Origin: a virus
Taxonomy: Duplodnaviria > Caudoviricetes
Reading direction: 5' to 3' (one strand)
IMG/VR virus record: IMGVR_UViG_3300029258_001547
Location: 1-57,398 of that record
DNA: 57,398 bases
The position numbers and the translations under genes were made by a program. Below are positions 1-10,900 of the stretch, piece after piece. How positions within the stretch are numbered: position 1 is the stretch's first letter; each line of letters opens with the position of its first letter. The notes beneath the pieces were generated by a model. The model worked only from the letters and a program-made list of their open reading frames with translations, did no database searches and had not been told where the DNA came from.

Positions 1-144
1 CGCCTCCGACGTGGAAGGGCTCGCCGCCCAGTTCGTCACCGACTACAACGCGCTCAGCGCCGAGGTCTCCGGGCTGGAGGCCGCCGTCCAGAGCGTTATC
101 TCGGTAATGGGGGCCGACTACGACAGCAAGGCCGCCGAGCTTGC
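1..144 (+). repeat. Terminal direct repeat, left copy (assembly circularisation overlap)
   Basis: Identical to 57255-57398 and lies inside a CDS. Confidence 0.95.
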
Positions 145-1981
145 CGCGCTGGAGGCCGCCGCGCTGGCGCTTTCCGACCAGATGGGTTCCGACGTAACGG
201 ACCTGGAGGACGACCTCGCCAGTCCGATCGCCGAGGCGCAGGGGGTAATCTCCCGGCTGGTGCTCGACTACAACGCCAGTAAGTCGAACCTCACGGGGAT
301 CGAGTCGCTCGCCGAAGCGGTGATTACCGCCATGCAGGACGATTACAATACGCACGGAGCGCTCGTCGCCTCGCTGGAGGACTCTGCGGTCGATACGCTG
401 GAGAGTCACGCGACGAGCTATCTCGCGAAGATCGCGGAGCTTGAAGCCGCCGCCGCCGTTGCGGTTTCCTCATTGACGGCGATCGCGGACGAGGCCGATG
501 CCGCCCAGACGACGTACAGCGGCCAGATAACGACCTCGATCGGCAACATGGAGGCCGAGCTTCTTAGCCTGGAGAGCGGGATCGCCGGCTATATCGCCGA
601 CCTGGAAGCCGCCCTCGGGCCGCACGACAGCGCCGTGGACGGCGTTCTCGCCCTCTACCTGTCCGACTACGAGACCCACGCCGAACTGACTCGCGGTCTC
701 CTGGTTGCGTTCGACGCGACTGAGCAAGCGAGAATCAACGAGCGGTGGGACAACTCACTGACAAAGGAGATGCAACTCCTGGTGGATCGCGGCTTCTACT
801 CCTCGACGATCCCTACGGACGTTACGACCCGCAACACGCGGGAGCGAGGCCAGCAGCTTACCGAGCTTCGCGACAAACTGAACCGCGAGAAGATCGAACA
901 CGAACATCGCCTGTACGCGGAACTGACCAGTGTGCGGGACAAGACGCTCGCCGGCAAGCAGTATCTCTACAAGCTCCAGGAGGCTTCGATCCAGTGGAAG
1001 GCGGAGTGGTCGGCGAAGTTGTTCCAGCACGCGATGGACGTGGAGAAGACGATCGCCGGGCTTCGCGACAGCGTGCTGCGAGCCAAGATGGCCGTGCTGG
1101 AACAAAAGCGGGTTCTCACGACGACCGCGTTCGATTGGGCTCAGGACGCCCGCAAGGCGGTCGCCGACGGGTACGAGCGGCTGCAAGCCTTGCGGCAGAA
1201 CATGAGTCAGTGGCGGGCCGACAACTCCTTCAAGCTGTTCGCGGAGCTTGTCCGGGTGCGGACCACGACGCTCGACGTGTACCGGCAGGAGATGGACAAC
1301 GTACTCAAGCTGGCGGCGATGCTGCGATCCGCCAGGGAGGCCGACCTCCAGAACGAGCATTGGCGAGCGGAGCACTACTACAAGCTGGCCGACGCGCTGC
1401 GCAAGGCACGCGAAGCGGAGATGCAGGTCCGCCAATGGAAAGCCGACGTGTCGGTGAAATTGCAGGGGATGCTGGAGCGGGTGCGTTCCGCGCAGATGGG
1501 GGCCTACGCGAAGGAGGCCGACAACTCGTTCCGCTTGGGCGACCAGTTGGAGGCGGCTCGCCACGTCGATTTCGACGTAGCGAAGGCTCTGCAAGCCGCA
1601 CGGACGCAGTACGTTGACTTCGCCGCCGACGCGAGAAGCAAGATCGTTAGAAGCCTGTACAGCTACCTCGATTCCTATACGCGGGGACTGACGGAATTGT
1701 CGCGGTTGACGCTGCAAAAGGGCGAATACCTCACCAATGTTCGCAAGAGCGTCTTGCAGGATATCATGCGAGCGAGGTTCCAGTTTGCATCCGGGTTGAC
1801 CGAGCAGCAGGCCGCCCAGACCGAACTGCACAAGATGCAGCTTGACATTCGGAACAATCTCTGCGTTGGGTTGTTTAGGGCGATGGGCGAGCGGGAATGG
1901 ATGAAGCCGGAGGTGCAGGAGTTCGCTCAGATGATTCTCGCGATGGGAGACGCGGGCGCTACTCAGTGGGTCGCACAGTAA
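2..1981 (+). CDS. 3' part of a long helical/coiled-coil virion protein (gene starts at 56641, ~864 aa in total)
   Basis: The frame continues from ATG 56641 across the overlap. Ala/Leu-rich helical sequence in the tail/internal protein region. Confidence 0.8.
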   Translation, partial: ASDVEGLAAQFVTDYNALSAEVSGLEAAVQSVISVMGADYDSKAAELAALEAAALALSDQMGSDVTDLEDDLASPIAEAQGVISRLVLDYNASKSNLTGIESLAEAVITAMQDDYNTHGALVASLEDSAVDTLESHATSYLAKIAELEAAAAVAVSSLTAIADEADAAQTTYSGQITTSIGNMEAELLSLESGIAGYIADLEAALGPHDSAVDGVLALYLSDYETHAELTRGLLVAFDATEQARINERWDNSLTKEMQLLVDRGFYSSTIPTDVTTRNTRERGQQLTELRDKLNREKIEHEHRLYAELTSVRDKTLAGKQYLYKLQEASIQWKAEWSAKLFQHAMDVEKTIAGLRDSVLRAKMAVLEQKRVLTTTAFDWAQDARKAVADGYERLQALRQNMSQWRADNSFKLFAELVRVRTTTLDVYRQEMDNVLKLAAMLRSAREADLQNEHWRAEHYYKLADALRKAREAEMQVRQWKADVSVKLQGMLERVRSAQMGAYAKEADNSFRLGDQLEAARHVDFDVAKALQAARTQYVDFAADARSKIVRSLYSYLDSYTRGLTELSRLTLQKGEYLTNVRKSVLQDIMRARFQFASGLTEQQAAQTELHKMQLDIRNNLCVGLFRAMGEREWMKPEVQEFAQMILAMGDAGATQWVAQ

Positions 1982-1993
1982 GGAGGCGTCGCT

Positions 1994-2869
1994 ATGGTTC
2001 TGGAACGACGCCGAGCGGCCGCCCCTGCGTTTCGCACGCAAGTCCCCAGCCTCTACGGGACGCCGATCCCGCCGCAAACCGCCGGCCCGTCCAGCATCGG
2101 CGTCCTGCCGCAACACGCTTGGATGAGCGTGTTCCGGGTCAAGACGGTCTACAACGAATATCTGGAGTGCGAGGGCTGGAATCCCTGGATTCACGGCTAC
2201 CAGATGGACGTGAACGTCGCCCGCCCGTTCGACCTGCGGGACGCGGAGCATGACGACGGCGCGGGCGAGGTCGTCGAGAAGGTCCGTTGGCCCGACCTCG
2301 CTAATCCGGGCGGCCCCGACATTGAGCATACAATCGAGAAGGTGCAGCATCAGCTTCGCACGGTGGACGGGGCGATCGAGGAAATCTACCCGCCCTACTA
2401 CAACGGTTGCCTGATCGTAGCGGCTCGCATGAGCGGCAAGTTGGGCGACACGGTGACGAGTCAGCGCACCGACGACGACGGACTCTCGCAGACCGTTGCC
2501 GAGATGCCCGTGCCCGACGAGTACCCGTACAAGCAGCTTTACGACGCTCAGGGGAGGCCGATCTTCTGGCAGGACATGAACGTCGCGGGCCGCCACTGGA
2601 CGGTCGGCAACCTCGTCGGCGGCAAGATATACGGAGCCCACCCCGGCCGTGGCATTGTTTTCGATTTGCGGCTGGGAACCTGGAACGAAAACGGCAACGA
2701 CTGGGACTACGAGGAAGACCCCTCGGCGGTCGGCATCGACTGGAGGTACGGCGTTCCGTACCCGGACGCCGTTGCGCCCGCCGGAGCGACGGGGCTATTC
2801 CAGGCGAGGCGATCGTGGGAGCACAGTGTTATCTACGAGTGCGTCTCGCTGGACTGCGAGGCGCCTTAA
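1994..2869 (+). CDS. Hypothetical virion-operon protein
   Basis: AGGAGG SD, high GC3, co-directional with the operon. Confidence 0.75.
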   Translation: MVLERRRAAAPAFRTQVPSLYGTPIPPQTAGPSSIGVLPQHAWMSVFRVKTVYNEYLECEGWNPWIHGYQMDVNVARPFDLRDAEHDDGAGEVVEKVRWPDLANPGGPDIEHTIEKVQHQLRTVDGAIEEIYPPYYNGCLIVAARMSGKLGDTVTSQRTDDDGLSQTVAEMPVPDEYPYKQLYDAQGRPIFWQDMNVAGRHWTVGNLVGGKIYGAHPGRGIVFDLRLGTWNENGNDWDYEEDPSAVGIDWRYGVPYPDAVAPAGATGLFQARRSWEHSVIYECVSLDCEAP

Positions 2870-2870
2870 C

Positions 2871-3389
2871 ATGGGACGCCGGAGATGCTGCTGCGGGGAG
2901 TGCGAGACATGCCTCGATTGCATGGATTACGAGGGGTCGGCGATATATACTCAATGGGAGTTTACACTACCCGAAATCTTCGGCGTGGGCGACTGCGATC
3001 CATACTGGACCGACTGCGACTTCGCCGGCGACTATGTGATGACCTACGACGGAATCTGCAAGTGGCACTACGATAACAGTGGAATCTACTGTCCATGTTT
3101 GTTCAGCAATTATCTTTTCGGCGCTGCGTTTGCGCTCTCTTGCTATACGGAGAATCAATGCCGGGCAAGATTGGCCGTCGGGTGGTTCTTCGGGTCGCCG
3201 ACGCTTGGCGGGTTCGCTCAGGGCTATCTGTGGCGCAAAATCTTTCCGGGCGATCCGAAAGCCACGATCATCATTGAGCCGGAGGGGTGGTTTAACTTTT
3301 TGTCTCCTAATTGCGGCAGCTTTTGCGAAGGCGATGACGACGCGGCCGCCGTTAATATTGAACTCACGCGAACCTACTTTACGCCATGA
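2871..3389 (+). CDS. Cys/aromatic-rich protein (MGRRRCCCGEC...), possible variable tail/receptor-binding component
   Basis: ATG 2 nt after the previous stop, many Cys, lower GC than neighbours. Confidence 0.7.
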   Translation: MGRRRCCCGECETCLDCMDYEGSAIYTQWEFTLPEIFGVGDCDPYWTDCDFAGDYVMTYDGICKWHYDNSGIYCPCLFSNYLFGAAFALSCYTENQCRARLAVGWFFGSPTLGGFAQGYLWRKIFPGDPKATIIIEPEGWFNFLSPNCGSFCEGDDDAAAVNIELTRTYFTP

Positions 3390-3667
3390 CTTACAACTGC
3401 GACTTTCAGGAGAACGAGAACGAGCGGTGGGAGTGTTCGGTGTGTCATTACGTCCACCGGAGGCAGTCGCCCAAGCCGCCGCGCCGGAATTGCTCCGCAA
3501 CGACGATGTGGGATATTATCGACCAAATTGACGCCCTGCTTGAACTGCCGGAGACCGACTTGACCAACCGCAAGATCGACGCGCTCGTACAGGTCCTTTG
3601 CGGTCCTGTCCGACTGCCGTGCGAGGAACGGCGCAAGCTGCGAGAGGCGCAGCGGGCCGCTGGTTAA
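3386..3667 (+). CDS. Small Cys-containing hypothetical protein
   Basis: ATGA overlap with the upstream gene, CxxC motif. Confidence 0.7.
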   Translation: MTYNCDFQENENERWECSVCHYVHRRQSPKPPRRNCSATTMWDIIDQIDALLELPETDLTNRKIDALVQVLCGPVRLPCEERRKLREAQRAAG

Positions 3668-3682
3668 ACAAAGGAGCCACAC

Positions 3683-4993
3683 ATGGCGAAATACCGAACC
3701 CGATACCAGATGCCCTACGGTCAGCCGTTGGGCAAGACCCCGTCCTCGTCGAAGCAACTCGGCATGTCGCTGATCGGCCAGCATATCGGCAAGGCGATGT
3801 ACGAGACGGATTGGGCCGACATTGACGAGAATCGCCGGCAGGAACAGGCACAGTTCGACGCCGAGCTTGAAGATCAGATGGAGGCCCAGCGGCAGGAGAG
3901 GCTGTACGGCTACATCGACCGCAACGCGAGGCGGACGCAGCGCCGGGCGCACAAGTTCAGCCAAGCCGCCGCCGATGCTCAGGCGAAACGGGAACAGGCC
4001 GCCGCCGAAGCCCAGGCGGGCCGCGAAGCGACGGCCGCCGCGCGCGAGGAGATGACCGGAAAGTACGGTACGCAATATGCGGCGCAGTTTCTCCCGGAGG
4101 CCGAGAACCGCGAGATGTATTCTCGCTTGTGGAACGAGGTCCAGACGGGGGAGCGGGGCTTCGCGACGGAGGGCGCTCGTAAGAAGTGGGACGACCTGCA
4201 AGCCGCCTGGGACGACGTAAGCACCAACCGGACAATGAGCCCCGAGGAGAAGGAGGAGGTGAAGGATCAGTTGCGCGGCCAGATGCGGCAGGCCCTCGCC
4301 GCGTCCGTTCGCAGCCGCAAGGCGGAGGACGAGGCTTACGCTCAATCCGCGCAGCGGGCCGCCGACCTGCGGGACAAGTACGGGCTGGTGGACAAGGGCG
4401 ACGGGAAGTTCGAGCCCTACGAGGAGCCCACGCCGAAAGAGGGTAAGACCGACGACGAGAAGCAGCACGAAGGGTTCCAGCGACGGGCCCAGGGCGTGGA
4501 GGCGGTTTATAACCTCGCCGCCCAGATCGCCGCCGGGGAAGGGGGTGAGGGCAAGGTGAAGCCCGAGCATATCGCCCAGGCGCAGCAGATTCTCGACCCG
4601 CAAGGTCGTCTCGGCCCGCTCTCGACGCCGGCCGGCGAGGAGGATCGCGGTATCTTCGGCCGGGCCTACGACTACGCTTCGGGTTTCTTCGGCGGCGGGG
4701 ACGGCGGCGGCGCGGCGGCCCCTGCCCCGGCGATCGACCCGAACTCGCAAGCCGGGGTGCGGGCGCAGCGGGCCGCACAGGCGGCAGTCTCGCCGACCGG
4801 CGCGGGAGCCGCCGCGATACGGCGTCCCGGCGCGCCGGGGACGGCGACGCCGGCGATGCCCGGCCCGAGTCCGACCGAGATCGCCCGCGCCCGTCTCGAC
4901 GCGGCGCAGGCCAAGGCGAAGGCAAATCCGGGCGACGCGGCCGCGCAGCAAGCGTGGCGTGACGCTTACGCGGCATGGGAGGATACGCTATGA
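3683..4993 (+). CDS. Helical protein, putative internal virion/ejection protein
   Basis: AAGGAG SD. Charged helical sequence directly upstream of the giant ORF; function inferred from position. Confidence 0.65.
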   Translation: MAKYRTRYQMPYGQPLGKTPSSSKQLGMSLIGQHIGKAMYETDWADIDENRRQEQAQFDAELEDQMEAQRQERLYGYIDRNARRTQRRAHKFSQAAADAQAKREQAAAEAQAGREATAAAREEMTGKYGTQYAAQFLPEAENREMYSRLWNEVQTGERGFATEGARKKWDDLQAAWDDVSTNRTMSPEEKEEVKDQLRGQMRQALAASVRSRKAEDEAYAQSAQRAADLRDKYGLVDKGDGKFEPYEEPTPKEGKTDDEKQHEGFQRRAQGVEAVYNLAAQIAAGEGGEGKVKPEHIAQAQQILDPQGRLGPLSTPAGEEDRGIFGRAYDYASGFFGGGDGGGAAAPAPAIDPNSQAGVRAQRAAQAAVSPTGAGAAAIRRPGAPGTATPAMPGPSPTEIARARLDAAQAKAKANPGDAAAQQAWRDAYAAWEDTL

Positions 4994-7900
4994 GCGTAGG
5001 GCTGGAAAATCGCCCCGAGGTTCCGCCGGGGTACACGCCGAGAAAGTCGCCCAAAGCGCCGACCCCGCAGCTTCTCACGATGCCCGAGGTTCCGCCGGGG
5101 TACGCGCCGAAAAAGCGACTGACGGGAGCGGCGAGCGCCGAACTGCCCCGGCCGCCGCAAAGCGGCCCCGGCCGGGCCGAGGCTTCCGCGAAGCCTACCG
5201 GCGAGTCGCGGGCGCGGGCGAACTTCCGAGCGACCCTCCCGGAAGACCTGGACTTGGAGAAGGTCAATCGCGGCGTCGAGGCCGGCGAGATTCCCGTGGG
5301 GCTGCGGTTCGTCGGCGAGGACGGCAACGCCTACGAGGTGTTCGCCTCGCCGAAGACGGTCGAGGAGGCGAAAGGGGCCTGGAAGTACCAGATGCCCTAT
5401 ATGCCCATCCCGGTCAGCGCGCCGGAGGGTGCGCCGAAGGCCCTCAAGGCGCTGTTTCCGAAGCGGAAGGCGATCCCCGGCCTGCAAGACATTCTGACCG
5501 GCGGCTACATCTCCGACGAGTGGCGCAAGGCGCAGGAGCACCTCCAGGAAGTCGAGCGGAACAACGGCTATGTCCGCCGCATGACGGAGGAGGCCGAGGA
5601 GATCGCCGGGGAGGAGCAGGCGTATTTGCGACAAGCCCGCGAGCGGCTCGACGAGAGCGCCACGCCGAACCTGGAGACGACGGCGATGGGCCTCGGCGGC
5701 ACGGTCGTCTCGCTGGCGCAGCGGCTCACGCTGCAAAACGAGGAGGCCGACGACACGCTCCGCGTCGCGAACGCCTTCCGGCAGGCCGCCGCCGAGCGGG
5801 ACGCGCAGGGTCGCGTGCCGGCGTTCTTGAAGCGCGGGATGCGGGGCGTGGGCGAGTCGCTGCCGCCGATGCTTCTCGGCGGCGGTCTCGGCGGGGCCTA
5901 CGGCGCGATCATCCCGGCGGTGGGGATCGAGCTAAACAGCGCGATCCAGGAGGGAAAGGACGCCGGGCTGGACGGGCTGGACCTCGCGAACTACGTCGTC
6001 GGGGAGGGCGTCATCGAGGCGGCGCCGGCGATCCTGTTTCAGAAGATGGGCTTGGGCGGCGTCGAGAAGCTATTCGGCGGGCAGGCCGGGGCGGAGGTCG
6101 CCGAGTTTTCGATCAAGTCGGCGTTGAAGCAGGCCGGCGTTACGGCGCTAGAGGAGTTGCCGGAGGAGCTTATCACCGAGATCGGCCATAACTTGCAGAA
6201 GAAGATGGCCGGCGTCGATCCCAATGCGATGTCCCGCGAGTCGCTCGCCCAGACGGTGCTGGACACTACGACGCAAACGCTGATGACGGTCGGCGTGATG
6301 GAGGCCCCTCGCGTGACGCTCTCCGCGATGCACTCGCCCGAGGTCGCCGACGAGATGTTGGAGAAGTATCTCGCGGGGGAAAGCCCGTCCCGCAAAGACA
6401 GTGCACGGTGGGGAGCGCCCGCCGAGGCTCGCACGTCCCAGGGAACGCGGTCGGCGTGGCTGGAAGGAGAGGTTACGAAAGCGGTGGCGATGGGCGTCGA
6501 GCCTCCGCCGGTGCAGCAGCCGGCGGCCGTCGCGCCTCCCGAGCCTCCGCCGGTACAAGTCACTCAAATAGAAGGAGCCGGGACCGATGCCCAGCAAGAG
6601 CAAGAAGCAGCACAAGTACATGCAGGCGGTAGCGCACGGATGGAAGCCGAAGTACGGCAAGGGACCGAGCCCGGCGGTCGCGAGGGAGTTCGTCCAGGCG
6701 GACAAGCGAGCCGGCCGGTATCAGAAGCGGCGAAAGAAGAAGCGGTAAGGCGGCCGTACGAATTCATGGCAATAGGCGAGACCGGCTACAGGGTCGGGGG
6801 CGTTTATGAGGCTGAGTCTAGAGAAGACATGATCGCAGAGCTTCTCTCTTGGGGTTACACGCCGACGAAAATTCGGAATCCCGGCGCACTCCTGTGGAAG
6901 CGGGTGTCGGAGAGTGAACTAAATGCAGCCGGCAGCGCGGTGGAAGCGAAGATGCAGGCCCGAGAAGCCGAGCTGCTGGAAGAGGAGCGGAGGAGAAAGA
7001 AAGAAGAAGCCGCCGAAGTAGCGGTCATCGAGGAGGAGGCCCCCGCCGAGCCGAAAGCTCAGCCTGCCGTCACCGAGGAGCAAAAGAAGAAGGGCGAGAC
7101 GGTCGCGCAGATTGCCGCCCGCAACGCCGTCGAGAAGGGGCAGAACATCAGCGAGTCCCTGCGGATTGCGGGAATCAGCATCAAGACGGACCCGGAGGAG
7201 TATCGCCGCGTGCGGGCGCGTGCGGCGGAGCTTGCCGACGAGATGCGGGCCGAGAAACAGGCCGCCAAGCCCGACCTCGAAGCCCTTGCCGAGCAGGCTG
7301 CGCGCGGCGAGATCGACCGCAACGAGGTCCCGGAGGGCGTCTACCCGCCGCGCTGGAACGCGATGGTCAAGCAGAAGGAACGGCAGCAAGCGGAGGCTGC
7401 ACCCCCGGCGGCTAGCGAATTACTGCAAGCCTACCAGCGAGCGGAACAACTGCGGGCTAAAGCCGAAGAAGCCGAGAGCGACAGCGAAGCAGACCGGCTA
7501 ATTGACGAGGCGGTCCTAGAGGAAGAGTCTTACGCAAAGGGCCTATGCACTCGAACTCAGAAGCCCGTCGCTTCCCTTCTTGCCAAGCATGTGCCCAGCA
7601 AGGGGATGAAAGGGTTTGCCGAAGAAAATGCCGAGAAGCACGCAGCATTTGTATTGCGTGATGTGTTCTCGATTATGCCCGGCGGGGCCAACTTCTACAT
7701 GCTGGCGGAGCACGGAACGCGAGCTATCGCTGACCGGGACGCAACCGTCGAGAAGCTCGCCAAGTCGCTCTACCATTCTTGGGCTAGAGAGCAGGGGCTT
7801 GCCGCAGACTCCCTACTTGGTCCAGCGAGTGGACTAACCGATAAAGGCAAGCGTGAAGTAGTCGAATCGTTTGGGGACCTTGCGAACGACATTTACGATG

Positions 7901-10900
7901 CGGTCACCGGCGAGATTCAGGCGATTCATGGCGCCCGGAAGTTAGCGCCTCCAGTGGAGGCGGCCGCGCAGCCCGCCCCGGTCCCCACAACGCAGCCGCC
8001 GCCCGTCAAGACGCCGCCGCCGGTGCCCGAGCCGCCCAAGCCGGCGCCGCCGGTCGAGGAGCCGGAGGGGGTGTGGCAGGGCAAGAACGATCTTCAGTGG
8101 GCGGCCCCCGCGCTGGCCGAGGCGGCGAGCAAGCTGGGGATCAAGACGAGGGGGAAAGCGAAGCGGCGGATCATCGCCGAGGCCCGCGAGGTCGAAGCGA
8201 ACATCCGAGAATACGCCGACTGGCAGGGCGTTAAAGAGCCGCAACTGCGCAACGCTCTCGATGAAGTGTTCCCCTCGATGCGAGAAGCGGCCGAGGAGGT
8301 TCGCCGCGTACAAGACCTCACCGTGGAGGCGACCGGCTTGTCGTTCCGCGATATCGCCTGGGTCGCTAACAACAACATGGATTACGAGTCCGGGCCGAAG
8401 CTGAAGCGAAGCACGCGGAAGAAGGAGCGGGAAATCGGCCGGCAACTCACCGGCGAGACCTCCTCGTTCGCCGCCGTTGTCGGTGACGTGATTCAGCACG
8501 AAGCGCCCGGCGTCCTGGAGGGTCGCGACGACATTGAGCGGACGCAAGCCCTCTGGGACCTGATGCAGCGAGGGCCGATCGAGGTGCCTCGCATGGACTC
8601 CAATGACGTGCTGGAGGCTGCAAAGGAATACGCGAAAAACACGTTCAAGGCCGAGGAGTTCTACAAGCCGGAGCGGCTCGCCAAGGAGGAAATTACCGAG
8701 GAGGCGATCGAGGAGGCGAACGCGAAGCTGCAAGACGTAGAGGACATTCCCGTCGAAGACGTTATGGCGATCGAGGCGGAGGAAATCGAGCGGCAGCTTG
8801 CTGCCGAGCCGACCTACGAGCCGCGTGCGCCTCGACTTCGGAGCAAGCTGCCGCGAGCGAAGGCCGCCGCAGCGAGGCAAGAGGCGATTGACTCGCTCAA
8901 GGAGGACTTGGGCGGCGCGATCGCAAACCTCAACTCAATTCTTGCCAAGGCGGGGCGGGGCGAGACGCCGACGGTGGGCGGGCTGAACAAGGAGATTCTC
9001 GATGGGCTCGTTCAGGTCGTCAAGGGCGCCGCGATCGCTTCGGCGAAGACGGGCAAGGCCGCCTACCTTACGTTCGCGGAGTTCATGGCGAGCCTGCCCC
9101 CTCATGTGCAAGCCTACGAGAAAGAGCTTGCCGACGTTTGGGAGAAGATTCGCACGACGACGCGGGGGCACAGGCTCGCGCCGCACCCCGACGCCGTGAC
9201 GCCGAAGCCGGGAAAGAAGCCGCCGATCAAGAAGAAGGGCGAGCCCAAGCCGGAGGTCACGCCGGAGGACGACCTCGCCGGCACGAAGCACGCCGTCTCG
9301 GACCTGATCCGGGAGAAGTACGGCATGAGGCCCCGTCGCGAGTCCGAGCGGCAGTTCGTAGACGACTGGCTCGACGAGGCGGAGGGGATTCTCCGCAGAG
9401 ACAAGGACGCGGGGCGTGCGTTGGTGGACGAGCTTACTGCCCGGACGAGAACGATCGAGAACGTCGAGAACATGACGCTGTTGCTCCATCAGCGGCAGCT
9501 TCTCAATCAGCTTAACGAAGTGCTCGCGGAGCGGCGCAAGGAGCCGGCGGGCAGCACGACCTACGCGGCGCTGGACGCCCGGGCGAGGGATATTTCCACG
9601 GAACTGACGCGGATTCTCGACGTGGCCGACGCGGGGGGCACGGCCTGGGGCCGCGCGGGCGTCGCCCGGCAGCAACTCATGCTGGCCGACCACTCGCTCG
9701 TCCACCTCAAAGCGATGGCGGAGAAGTCGAAGGGCGGATCGTTGACGCCCGACGAGCTTGACATGATCGCCAAGACGGCCGAGACGCTGGAGGGGCTGCG
9801 CAAACGGGTCGAGGCGGTGGAGGTGAAATACGCGATCGACGCAGCGATGAAGGCCGCCGCGCCCCGCCGGGAGTCCGGGACGAGGCGAGCGACGCCCGAC
9901 GAGCGGGTTGATGCCGCGAAGGCCCGGGTGCGGGACGCGCTGGCGAAGTACCGCGAAGTCGGGTTCGCCTACGATCCCGCCGGGAGAGCTTCCAAGCATC
10001 TCGAACTTCAGGCCGCGCTGGCGGAGCTTGCGAAAGCCTACGTTGCGAAGGGCGTCTACTCGCTTGCCGGGTTCACTTCCAGCGTGAAAGAGGAGTTCGG
10101 CGAGGACGCCCCGGACGACCTGGACTTCTACCGCGAAGCCTGGGGCGAGGCGAAAGGCGAGCGGCCCGACAGCAAGCGGTCGATCGACAAGTCGAAGCCG
10201 CACACGATCACGCGGCGAGCCCGCGAGATTCTCCGGGGCGTCGTGGCGAGCATGGGCATCGCCGATCCGAGCGGCGTCACCGAGGCGCTGCGAGAGGAGG
10301 CCGTCGCGAGGGTCCATGAGGATATGAGCGACCTGATGGGCGACGACTGGACGGAGACGCAGACGCGGCACGCGCTGGCCGGCGTGGGGCTGTTCCGCGA
10401 GCTTCCCAAAGACCTCGTATCGGTGCAGACCCGCGACGTGGTGGGCCAGCTGCAGAAGCTGACGCAACTGGACGAATTGAGGGCCGACCGTTCCGCGCCG
10501 AAGTTTGGCAGCGAGAACCGGACGCCGAGCGACCTGGAGCGGGACATTCAGAAGGAGGTCAACGAGGAGAAGAAGGCCTACGAGAAACGGATGAAGGCGG
10601 CGGGGAGATTCACCGACCCCGACCCGGCCAAGAGCCTCAAGACTGCGCTGGGGGCCGCCAAGACGCGGATTCGCAATCAGATACGGGACATGAACAAGGA
10701 GATCGCCGACAAGAAGCGGATCGTCAAGAAACGCACCGAGCTTGTGCCCGACCCCGAGCTTGAAAACCTGATCGAGCAGCGGGACGCGCTCAAGAAGGAG
10801 TGGGACAAGACGTTCAAGCTGCCGCTGACCGACGAGCAGAAGGCCGAGCGGCTCGTTCGAACGCTGAACAACCTCGCCGACCGGATGGAGGAGAAGCTCA

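Noticed and set aside
1-144. Terminal repeat as a biological direct terminal repeat
   Set aside because: It falls mid-CDS and the frame continues across it, so it is most simply an assembly overlap of a circular contig.
755-2641. Long antisense ORFs (also 3374-4951, 8935-10467, 53928-55811)
   Set aside because: They are shadow frames of high-GC3 sense genes, with no SD or recognisable motifs.
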